Below, piece after piece: positions 27,983 to 36,662 of a stretch of 64,000 nucleotides of DNA (position 1 is its first letter; each line of letters begins with the position of its first letter). The notes beneath the pieces are model-generated. The model was not told where the DNA came from. It saw only the letters and a list, made by a program, of their open reading frames with translations, and did no database searches. The stretch is taken from the IMG/VR virus record IMGVR_UViG_3300032268_001179; one strand, written 5' to 3'. A program made the translations under genes and the position numbers. The DNA comes from an uncultured virus (IMG/VR IMGVR_UViG_3300032268_001179) (taxonomy: Duplodnaviria; Heunggongvirae; Uroviricota; Caudoviricetes).

Positions 27983-29773
27983 ATGGGAGCATTATTAGAA
28001 TCAGGTCTTGTAGGTAACATCGGTCTTAAGCACCTTAAAGTTATCAAAGAAGACACAATCAACAAATGGGACAAATTAGGATTCTTAGAGGGTCTTAAGG
28101 GTCACATGAGAGAAAACGTAGCTCAACTTTATGAAAACCAAGCTTCTCACTTAATTAACGAAGCATCATCTACATCTGATACAGGTGCATTTGAAACAGT
28201 TGTTTTCCCTATCGTTAGAAGAGTATTCTCTAAATTATTAGCAAACGATATCGTTTCAGTACAAGCTATGAACTTACCAATCGGTAAATTATTCTACTTC
28301 GTACCTAACATCCAGTCTTATGAGAATGCTGCAAATCAGCACTGGGCACCTTACGGTTCACCAAACGCTGCGGCTGACCAAACTCCTAACTCTGGATATG
28401 ATTACAATACCACTAAGGACCTTTACGATAGATTCTATGAAGGAAACGAACCAGCTTTGGATCCTCCTGGATTATTCGACTATTCTAAAGGACAATTCTC
28501 GGCTATCACTGCCGCAGTTGGAACTGTTGCTTGGTTAGGAAGTAATTTAATACCTTCAGCTTACACTCTTGACAACTATAGAAAAGTATTGGTAGTTATG
28601 TCAGGTTTCGCTAGCGATGGAGCAGGTAAATTAATTGGTCCTGACGGTCAACCAATGGATAACGAAGCTTTCTTATCTGATTTAACTGTTAGAGGTGTTG
28701 CAGGTAATGCTTACACTTCAGCTAACACAACAAACCCTTACTTATTCAGAGTTGTGACTCAAAGATATGGTAAAGGTATCGTTGAATATGGTAATAACAA
28801 CCAAACTTTAGTATTCCCTAACAGTAGAACTGATGGTGGTCAATATGACAACTTATGTGATACTGAAGGTAAAATCTATTTGGAAATTGACTTACAAGTT
28901 CCAGTATGTATTACTTGTGGTGGTTCATTAGATGGATACACTGGTTCAACTTTCGAATCTACTGCAGCTTCTGGAAGTGCATTCTCAGCGACTTATAGAA
29001 TCTATAAGAACTTGGAATTCGAAGACAGAATTGGTGAAGTTTCCTTCGACCTTATGTCAGTAACAGTTTCTGTAACTGAAAGAAAATTAAGAGCTCAGTG
29101 GTCTCCAGAAATGGCTCAGGACGTTGCGGCATTCCACAACATCGACGCTGAAGCTGAATTAACAGCATTGTTATCTGAGCAAGTTGCGGCTGAAATCGAT
29201 AGAGAAATCTTGAGAGACCTTAGAAAAGGTGCGGCTTGGAACTTAAGATGGGATTACAATGGATGGAAGAGATTAGGTTCTAACGCAGTTCCTTATACTC
29301 AGAAAGACTGGAACCAAACTCTTATCACAGCAATCAACCAAATTTCAGCACAAATCCACAAGTCAACATTGAGAGGTGGAGCTAACTGGATCGTTGTGTC
29401 TTCTGAAATCAGTGCAATTTTTGATGACTTGGAATACTTCCACGTATCAAACGCAGCTCCTGAGCAAGATCAGTACAACATGGGTATTGAAAGAGTTGGT
29501 ACATTAGCAGGTCGTTACCAAGTGTATAGAGACCCTTACTTCCCACCAAACCAAGTGTTGATGGGTCACAAAGGAACTTCTCTATTGGACACAGGTTACA
29601 TCTACGCACCGTATGTACCTCTACAATTAACTCCTACAATGTACAATCCATTCAACTTTACACCAATCAAAGGTATCATGACTAGATACGCTAAGAAAAT
29701 GGTTAATAACAGATTCTACGGTAGAATCACAGTTGATGGAGTTAGAACATTCGACTTGAGAGAATTGAGATAA
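27983..29773 (+). CDS. Major capsid protein (T4 gp23-like)
   Basis: PIVRRVF..LLANDIVSVQAM, RKLRAQWSPEMAQD, DAEAELTALLSEQ, YAPYVPL, GIMTRY. Confidence 0.97.
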   Translation: MGALLESGLVGNIGLKHLKVIKEDTINKWDKLGFLEGLKGHMRENVAQLYENQASHLINEASSTSDTGAFETVVFPIVRRVFSKLLANDIVSVQAMNLPIGKLFYFVPNIQSYENAANQHWAPYGSPNAAADQTPNSGYDYNTTKDLYDRFYEGNEPALDPPGLFDYSKGQFSAITAAVGTVAWLGSNLIPSAYTLDNYRKVLVVMSGFASDGAGKLIGPDGQPMDNEAFLSDLTVRGVAGNAYTSANTTNPYLFRVVTQRYGKGIVEYGNNNQTLVFPNSRTDGGQYDNLCDTEGKIYLEIDLQVPVCITCGGSLDGYTGSTFESTAASGSAFSATYRIYKNLEFEDRIGEVSFDLMSVTVSVTERKLRAQWSPEMAQDVAAFHNIDAEAELTALLSEQVAAEIDREILRDLRKGAAWNLRWDYNGWKRLGSNAVPYTQKDWNQTLITAINQISAQIHKSTLRGGANWIVVSSEISAIFDDLEYFHVSNAAPEQDQYNMGIERVGTLAGRYQVYRDPYFPPNQVLMGHKGTSLLDTGYIYAPYVPLQLTPTMYNPFNFTPIKGIMTRYAKKMVNNRFYGRITVDGVRTFDLRELR

Positions 29774-29791
29774 TCGATATTTCGATATGGT

Positions 29792-29823
29792 AAAAAGGGA
29801 CAAGAAATTGTCCCTTTTTTTTT
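29792..29823 (+). terminator. Intrinsic terminator after major capsid gene
   Basis: AAAAAGGGACAA-GAAA-TTGTCCCTTTTTTTTT. Confidence 0.9.
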
Positions 29824-29852
29824 GTCCCGATATTTATAATAAATTGTATATT

Positions 29853-31034
29853 ATGATTAAGCAAACTTGGGAAATATCTAATGAAGAAAGAACTAGAATT
29901 ATTTCACTTCACGAATCCGCAACAAAGAATCTTTACTTGATGTCAGAACAAAATACTGACGAGACAAAAAAAGAGTCAATTAACTTAGTTAAACGGGTCG
30001 AATTTCCAGCGGGTTTACATAGTGCATCGGCAGTAAATCTTGAAAGCCTCATAGATTTATCCAAAATCGAAGAATTCTTAAAAAGGTATCCAAGAAAAAA
30101 AATAATTATCAAATTAAACGCAAGTGAATCGCAGGTCCCAAATTACGACAAAGAAGTTACACCGAAGAAAAAATTAAATGCTGGAGATTTAAGTAAAATG
30201 AGATATGAAACAATTCGAACTTTTATGACAAAATGGTTGAATGGTCTCCTTACTAAGGGAATCATATCTCAGATGCCCGAATTTGTAAATACACAACCAC
30301 AAATTGACAAAACTACACCTTGGGACCCTAAATCATCACCTCAAGATCCAAAATATACTAAACATCAGTTTGTTGAAATCGAAATAAATGCTGAAGGCCA
30401 AGAAGAAGTGAAAAAGATTTTCACCCCTGAGTTTGAAAGGGTCGATACTTCGAGAACAGAACAATCAACAACAAACGATTATAATGTTGCTTTATTTTAT
30501 AACTATAGTTATGCCCCAGGGGCGGTCCTTGGTATGAGCAAGTCGGAAGCTGAGTCTTTACCTGGAGCTTTATTAACTATGAACAGAGAATTTATTCTTA
30601 AAAACTCAATAGAAAAATTGAATCTATCATCGTTCAAAGCAAAAATAACTCCGAATGGTGGACAAACTGTACCCGTGATAATTTTGAAAGCGATGAGTTC
30701 TAGTGGAGTACCCGATTCACCAAATTATTGGTCGAAGTGGAACGCATATGTTTCAAAATCATATAACCTTGAAATTCCATTTGCAGTAGATAGTAAACAA
30801 TTTCAATCTGCTTGGTTATTTATTTATTGGTATATTAAAAAAGGTTTCCCCCAAGATTGGGATTTTATTGGAAACAAACCTGATAATGTAGATTGGAATT
30901 TGATTGATTTAGAACAACTACAGAGTATTGGCACACCAAAATACAGTAATACGATGGCAATCCAAATGGAAGAGTGGAGAAAACTTCCTATGGATTGGTA
31001 TAATAACATGGTAAAAAAGGTTTATAACTCATAA
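29853..31034 (+). CDS. Hypothetical protein, probable internal head protein
   Basis: Start moved to ATG 29853, after the terminator and TATTTAT; N-terminal ISNEERTRIISLHE..LMSEQ segment. Confidence 0.7.
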   Translation: MIKQTWEISNEERTRIISLHESATKNLYLMSEQNTDETKKESINLVKRVEFPAGLHSASAVNLESLIDLSKIEEFLKRYPRKKIIIKLNASESQVPNYDKEVTPKKKLNAGDLSKMRYETIRTFMTKWLNGLLTKGIISQMPEFVNTQPQIDKTTPWDPKSSPQDPKYTKHQFVEIEINAEGQEEVKKIFTPEFERVDTSRTEQSTTNDYNVALFYNYSYAPGAVLGMSKSEAESLPGALLTMNREFILKNSIEKLNLSSFKAKITPNGGQTVPVIILKAMSSSGVPDSPNYWSKWNAYVSKSYNLEIPFAVDSKQFQSAWLFIYWYIKKGFPQDWDFIGNKPDNVDWNLIDLEQLQSIGTPKYSNTMAIQMEEWRKLPMDWYNNMVKKVYNS

Positions 31035-31552
31035 TCCAACGCAATAAAAGAGACATAATAATGACTTTCAGTTTTTCGATAAGAAAGGTAAAATCTTTTT
31101 ATTTTCTTGTCTAAAAGGAGTTCATTGTGTGATTCGGAATGTTTCCATGATAAGAAACAATATTTTGCAACATCGTAATCTGTTGAAGTTCTCAATGTCA
31201 TCTTGTTTAAGATTTCGTCAATTTCTTTTACATCCGAGATCCAACCACCTACTACGTCCTTTTTAGGGATATAAATTTTCACAATATTTTCTCCCCCGTA
31301 TGTAAAATCAGAAATATACGAATGTATATTTTCATTAAAACCATTGTGACTATAATCGGTTACTAAACTTTTGCTACGTGAATCAGCAAATTCTTTTATT
31401 GATTCATCTATAACTACCTTACTCAGTCCATTTGAATGTCGATACTCATTCAATATTTGTTCGAAATGCATAATAATTGGCGTATCATTATTATTTGGAT
31501 TTTTGAATCCAAATAATAAAAATAAACATAGAAAAAATAATATTTTTTTCAT
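31022..31552 (-). CDS. Secreted CAP (SCP) domain protein
   Basis: Signal peptide; LNEYR..NGL, SH, GENI, W..SESHNELLL. Confidence 0.8.
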   Translation of the reverse strand: MKKILFFLCLFLLFGFKNPNNNDTPIIMHFEQILNEYRHSNGLSKVVIDESIKEFADSRSKSLVTDYSHNGFNENIHSYISDFTYGGENIVKIYIPKKDVVGGWISDVKEIDEILNKMTLRTSTDYDVAKYCFLSWKHSESHNELLLDKKIKRFYLSYRKTESHYYVSFIALDYEL

Positions 31553-31556
31553 AAAG

Positions 31557-31781
31557 TTATTTTTCTTCAGTAAAGTGGTTATTCATTATTCTTAACGACT
31601 TGGAAACAAGTTCAGATTCTTGTAATGTGAATATTCTTGAACTGTGAGAGTATTCTAACGCCTTGATAATCATGTAATATGCCTGTTCTAAGTTCATGTC
31701 ATCACACAGGGAATTTACATCATTTGGAGTGTAATATGCAATACTATCGAATAGTAATCCTATTGGTTGTTTTTGTTCCAT
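31557..31781 (-). CDS. Hypothetical protein
   Basis: 74-aa ORF in tandem with the CAP gene. Confidence 0.65.
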   Translation of the reverse strand: MEQKQPIGLLFDSIAYYTPNDVNSLCDDMNLEQAYYMIIKALEYSHSSRIFTLQESELVSKSLRIMNNHFTEEK

Positions 31782-31810
31782 AATTTTGATTTAACCGTAT
31801 ATTTATTATA

Positions 31811-32491
31811 GTGAAAACTTCATTGACTAAATTAGTAAAAGAAGCTAGTGGTTCAGGATTAGCGGGGTCATTCAATGGACCAATAGTACTTACTCCTCAA
31901 ATATGGGATGAAGACAAGCTTGGCCCTTTCACAGAACCAGTATACAAATATACAAATGCTCAACTCGCCTATCAAGAGGCCGATGGTGATTTTATTGAAT
32001 CTTTAGAAAAAAGAGAAAAAATCGAACGAAGAACTAAGTTAATGAGTAAAACTAACATGCAAAAGAAAAAAAATTATACAGGCCAAAACGATGAGGAAGG
32101 TTCGGCATTGAATCCTACAATGAGTGGTGAACCATTGAAAGAAGATTTGGCAGTTTGGTTTGGTACTAAGAAAAAACCTAAAGGTTCAAAACAACCTAAA
32201 GGTCCTTGGGTAAACATTTGTAGAAAAAAAGAGGGTGGAGGACATCCCCCTTGTGGAAGACCTGAAGCCGATAGTAAAGGTTATCCAAAATGTAGAGCAG
32301 CTGGTGTTGCGTCAAAAATGACTGACTCACAAAAAAGAGCCGCTTGCCAACAAAAAAGGAAAGCTGAAAAGTCAAATCCAAAGGTTGGGACGGGTAATGC
32401 TCCGACTATGACAAGTTACAAAACAAAAAAATCCCGAAATGAATCATTACGGGATTTAGTTAAAAAAATTCTTAAAGAATCACTTAGGTAA
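31811..32491 (+). CDS. Basic Cys-containing hypothetical protein
   Basis: GTG start 4 nt after TATTTAT; WVNIC..PPCGR..YPKC..AAC domain. Confidence 0.7.
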   Translation: MKTSLTKLVKEASGSGLAGSFNGPIVLTPQIWDEDKLGPFTEPVYKYTNAQLAYQEADGDFIESLEKREKIERRTKLMSKTNMQKKKNYTGQNDEEGSALNPTMSGEPLKEDLAVWFGTKKKPKGSKQPKGPWVNICRKKEGGGHPPCGRPEADSKGYPKCRAAGVASKMTDSQKRAACQQKRKAEKSNPKVGTGNAPTMTSYKTKKSRNESLRDLVKKILKESLR

Positions 32492-32894
32492 CTTTTTTCA
32501 AAATTAAGTGTAATGAATGACGTATTTGACTCTTCATTTCACTCTCAAACTTTGATCTTGCCTCTTCTACTCTGTGATCAAAAATTCTGTTCAATCGTTC
32601 GCTAGTATCTTGCCTTAGTGAAATATCGTAATTATAAATGTGATTGGTAATATTCATTCTATCATCTTGGAGAATGATAAACATTTGTAATACTTCATTC
32701 CTAATGTATCTTTTATGAGACAATGGGGCAATTAGGAAAGTTGACTCAGGATGTTTTATCAGATTTCTACAAATTGCGGATGACAATCTTTCATTGTCAT
32801 CTAAAATTTCCATTTCTTTTGAAAGTTTTTTTGATACATGAATTGCAAAACGAATCCAAAGTTTCTTGAAGAATTTTTTCATGTGAGTAGACAT
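32484..32894 (-). CDS. Hypothetical protein
   Basis: 136-aa ORF; TATATTTG at 32913-32906 upstream. Confidence 0.7.
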   Translation of the reverse strand: MSTHMKKFFKKLWIRFAIHVSKKLSKEMEILDDNERLSSAICRNLIKHPESTFLIAPLSHKRYIRNEVLQMFIILQDDRMNITNHIYNYDISLRQDTSERLNRIFDHRVEEARSKFESEMKSQIRHSLHLILKKVT

Positions 32895-32936
32895 TGATTA
32901 TTCCTCAAATATAAAACAATTTCGGGAATAAAAAAA

Positions 32937-33401
32937 TTAACAATAAGATCCTGAACAATGTTTTTTTCCATCTAAGCCTGGCATTCTTCCTTTACATACT
33001 TGGACGGCATATCCGTTAGCATAAGCTGATGGGTAAACTTTGAATTTTGATTTTGCAGCCGCTTTACCTCTAGCACAAAGTTTGGTTCCCGTTTTTTTTC
33101 TACCTTCGTTCACCACTTCATAATCAACATATTGATCCATTTTTCCCTTTTCATTCATAATGAAATCAAAAACTTGATCCATATTTGTTTTAGCTTCCGT
33201 AACGTGGTCATCAGCCCAATCATGACCATTCAATAAAATCTCATCAATTATTTCAGGATCCAAATCTAACAACATTTTACATTGTCTTGCAATTTGTTGC
33301 AAGTTACTAAAAAACATATAGTTTACGGATTCATCTTCATTTAAAACTTTCTTTACCAAGTTTGATAAATCTTTCTCAGTTAATTTTATAATCTTACTCA
33401 T
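32937..33401 (-). CDS. Hypothetical protein with IKLTEKDL N-terminus and basic Cys C-domain
   Basis: MSKIIKLTEKDLSNLVKKVLNE; LCARGKAAAK..FKVYPSAYANGYAVQVC. Confidence 0.75.
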   Translation of the reverse strand: MSKIIKLTEKDLSNLVKKVLNEDESVNYMFFSNLQQIARQCKMLLDLDPEIIDEILLNGHDWADDHVTEAKTNMDQVFDFIMNEKGKMDQYVDYEVVNEGRKKTGTKLCARGKAAAKSKFKVYPSAYANGYAVQVCKGRMPGLDGKKHCSGSYC

Positions 33402-34900
33402 TTTGTATTTACGATAGAAAAGGTTAATTGTCTCTTATAAGTATTCTTCTCCCCCGAAGAATTTACTTGTATATCAACATAATATTGATTTGGGATTTTA
33501 TCTCTCATATCAAATATGAAATAATATTCGTTTGGAGTTCTGTTCACTGGAGTCCAATCTTGGACTATGACTTCGGTTGTTCCTTCAGTAACATAAACTC
33601 GATAGAATGCCGAAACATCCAATAACATTTGTTGACCTGTATATGCTTTCTTGATAGTGACTCCAACTTTTCTGATATCACTATTCAATATTTTTTCGTT
33701 CTGTAATATACCGTAGAAATCAAACCCATAGATTTGTGGTTCCTTAGAAACAGGACCAATTTGAATTCCCGATGAATATTGTTGTAGAGTAAATTGATTC
33801 GTTACATTTGGTATCGATTGTCCATTTATAGTTAGACCTGACCAAACATCATAGAATTGGCATGGTGTAGGAAAATTTGCAAACCCATTGGGAACGACTA
33901 CTTCATAAACTCCTTTGGTCTTAAGACATGTAGTCAAAGCCCCCATGCCCGTCACAGCATCACCATTACGATCTTCGATTCTAACAAATGGGTCTGAATC
34001 CAAATTAACCAAATCACCATTTTGATAGATATAAAGAAATAATTTGTTCTCTTGATTTTTCAAAAATTGATTCCTGTCATCTTGAATCAAATCATTATAA
34101 TTTGTTAAAAGATAGGGCTGGTAAAATGTCTGAGTATGTCTTGAGAAAAATGCGACACTATAACTGTCAGTCAACCCTGTTATATTTTCAATTTGTGGAA
34201 GATATGAAATACCCCAACCTGTAACACCTGTTATAGATCCATTCAAAATTCCGTTGATCTCGTTTGTCATATCCATATTGAGATCTTCGTTTCCGAGTTC
34301 GAAATGTTGAGTGGCTATGATAGTCAAACCTGAATAGTTTACAGCCCCTTGATTTCTATTGTCATAGATACCATTTTGAGACCATCCAGAGAGAGTTGTT
34401 GTCTGATACCAGTTAGATGGTCGCGTAGAATATGCTCGACTGTCAACGTAAGTTAAAGGGGAAATTCCACCATTGGCACTATTCTGTGCGATATTGAAAT
34501 CACTGTAGTCATAACCAACACCTTCATCCCATTGTTGTGGGTTACCAGTATTCCCCGAGAATTTAGGAATCCTCCACAAAATTAAGTCAAATGACGTTGC
34601 TCTTCTTCGTTCATTTGACATAAAAGTATTTAACAATTCATTATCAAATGACGAGGTATTAGTCATTTTTAGTGTGTGAGTCATTGCTGAAGTACATCCT
34701 GTTGAAATGACTCCCGAGGCGATGTTTTGTTCTAAAAGAGAAAGATCTAAATCAAAAATAAATCTTGTATATCCGAAATTTGGGACAATTAGGTCCGACG
34801 CGCCAAAATTCAACTCAATGACAGGGTTTCTACCCGTATTAACGTATGAGTTGGAAATGATGGTATTATTTTTATCTATATATGACCTTAGAATCGACAT
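33398..34900 (-). CDS. Probable virion structural protein
   Basis: 500 aa, beta-rich N/T/G composition, adjacent to the baseplate hub gene. Confidence 0.6.
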   Translation of the reverse strand: MSILRSYIDKNNTIISNSYVNTGRNPVIELNFGASDLIVPNFGYTRFIFDLDLSLLEQNIASGVISTGCTSAMTHTLKMTNTSSFDNELLNTFMSNERRRATSFDLILWRIPKFSGNTGNPQQWDEGVGYDYSDFNIAQNSANGGISPLTYVDSRAYSTRPSNWYQTTTLSGWSQNGIYDNRNQGAVNYSGLTIIATQHFELGNEDLNMDMTNEINGILNGSITGVTGWGISYLPQIENITGLTDSYSVAFFSRHTQTFYQPYLLTNYNDLIQDDRNQFLKNQENKLFLYIYQNGDLVNLDSDPFVRIEDRNGDAVTGMGALTTCLKTKGVYEVVVPNGFANFPTPCQFYDVWSGLTINGQSIPNVTNQFTLQQYSSGIQIGPVSKEPQIYGFDFYGILQNEKILNSDIRKVGVTIKKAYTGQQMLLDVSAFYRVYVTEGTTEVIVQDWTPVNRTPNEYYFIFDMRDKIPNQYYVDIQVNSSGEKNTYKRQLTFSIVNTK

Positions 34901-34921
34901 TTATCTTTTATCTTATAAATA

Positions 34922-36457
34922 TCAATTCAATCGAATATTTTTGCTCAGTATTTTATTTACTGCATTTTGTAGTTCATTCAATATAGATTCTGTGGTTGAT
35001 CCGTCTTGAGTAACTGGAACTGGAGGTAAACCTGGGTATGCATGAGTGTGAGTAATTAAGAATCTAACAATCAAGTTAATTAGCTCTAATAGCTCTTCTC
35101 CACGAACCATACTCGAGGTTTTTGGTAGAAGTTCATTTGCAAATTTCTCAACCGATATTCCATATAATGTATCATCAAAATTTATTTTACCTTTACCAGG
35201 TATTTGTGAATTATGTGAAACTAAAAATAACACATCGCTACCCAATGCACCATAAGAAGATTCTTGATTAACATATTTTTCTTGTGGAATTTCGAATTTT
35301 TTTGGAGTTCTTGGAACCCCAACTTTTCCTTTTGCATAGATTAAACCATAACCACCTTTCAAGGCTGGATCTAATTTAATCCCTTTATAAACATCACTAA
35401 TATTAGTAACTTCTGCTGGTGTTGCGGATGAACCTAAAGGAGTAGATGGGTTCATTTTTGAATACATTATTGAATTAGGACGGTAGAAAATAGGAAACTT
35501 ATTATCGTCGTTATTATCTTCAAACAATTTGACACCACTTTTAGTTACGTTTGTTTCATTACACTGTTTTATGAAATTATTTATAAATTTAATGGCTTCT
35601 GTCTTAGGTAACATTGCAAAGGATTCAGTTGCCACCAATTGTTTTAGGTTTTCTGAAATTTCACTGTCTACTGAAATAAATTTGGAATTTACTAACTGGT
35701 TTGGTTTTAATTGATACAAATAAACTGATCCTGAGAATTTGTCTTGTGTATTTTCAGGATTTATAAGTGTCCATTCAATTAAATATTTTGTAAGTAAAAT
35801 CTCCTCCTTTAATTCATAAACGACTTTCGGTTTCAATTTTTGTATTGTGCTTTGGAACTTTGAAAGTTGTAAAAATCCTCTCTGTTGGTTTGCAACAGGT
35901 ATTACATTAGGTTGTAATTGTTCACCCTTGAACTTTCCCGCTCTAATTAAAACCTCATCTTGTTTAATTACAACATCAGCACTACCTCTACCTAGTATTG
36001 CATTATCACCTGGTTGAGGGAAAACTCCTTTGTGAATAGATTGATCAGTTAATGTTCCGTCTTGATTTTTAAGAGGCTTCGGGGTTTTGATTTGCATACC
36101 CGTTCCAGTAAATTTATTTCCTCCGAAATAAAATTCTTTGAAAGTTGCGGTCGGGCTTGAAAATGTATTTTGAACATAATATTGGTTCTGATATCTGAAA
36201 TCTTTATTCAAATATATAACTTGAACCAACTCATCCACTTTTGGGGTTGAATAAACAAAATATGGTAATAGTGGATTAAACACAAAAGGGTCTCTCGATG
36301 TCCAAATATCTTTTTGTTCATTCCAAGGTGGGCTACTAATACTTTTCAGAATGTCATCATAGTTGTCAATCAATCGCACAGCTCTGATTCTACCTAGCAT
36401 CATTGGATCTTCAGTATTCAAAACTCTACACTGAAAAAAAATTGTATTATCTATCAT
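34922..36457 (-). CDS. Baseplate hub/spike protein (gp5/GpV-like)
   Basis: N-terminal EDPMMLGRIRA OB-fold motif, GDNAILGRG, C-terminal THTH metal-tip motif. Confidence 0.65.
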   Translation of the reverse strand: MIDNTIFFQCRVLNTEDPMMLGRIRAVRLIDNYDDILKSISSPPWNEQKDIWTSRDPFVFNPLLPYFVYSTPKVDELVQVIYLNKDFRYQNQYYVQNTFSSPTATFKEFYFGGNKFTGTGMQIKTPKPLKNQDGTLTDQSIHKGVFPQPGDNAILGRGSADVVIKQDEVLIRAGKFKGEQLQPNVIPVANQQRGFLQLSKFQSTIQKLKPKVVYELKEEILLTKYLIEWTLINPENTQDKFSGSVYLYQLKPNQLVNSKFISVDSEISENLKQLVATESFAMLPKTEAIKFINNFIKQCNETNVTKSGVKLFEDNNDDNKFPIFYRPNSIMYSKMNPSTPLGSSATPAEVTNISDVYKGIKLDPALKGGYGLIYAKGKVGVPRTPKKFEIPQEKYVNQESSYGALGSDVLFLVSHNSQIPGKGKINFDDTLYGISVEKFANELLPKTSSMVRGEELLELINLIVRFLITHTHAYPGLPPVPVTQDGSTTESILNELQNAVNKILSKNIRLN

Positions 36458-36659
36458 TACTTCTCTCTTGGTAAATCTTTAAAACTTTATTATATAACTC
36501 TTCAACCTTGTCTAAATAAATTGTGCTTTTGATTATTGAATCTTTTGTAAAATCAAAGTCGGCGGACAGCAAATCCATAAATTCAACCAACTTTGTGTTT
36601 GGTAAATCCTTAAGATTTTGTTGGCTTTCCAATATTTCTTTGAATTGTTCGTCTTTCAT
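36447..36659 (-). CDS. Hypothetical protein
   Basis: 70-aa ORF in operon. Confidence 0.7.
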   Translation of the reverse strand: MKDEQFKEILESQQNLKDLPNTKLVEFMDLLSADFDFTKDSIIKSTIYLDKVEELYNKVLKIYQERSNDR

Positions 36660-36662
36660 ATT

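Noticed and set aside
20108..29773. Inteins or introns in terminase, portal or capsid genes
   Set aside because: ORFs are continuous and I saw no intein splice motifs or group I core elements
29787..29852. Track start of ORF 29787..31034
   Set aside because: Runs through the capsid terminator hairpin; ATG 29853 after TATTTAT fits better
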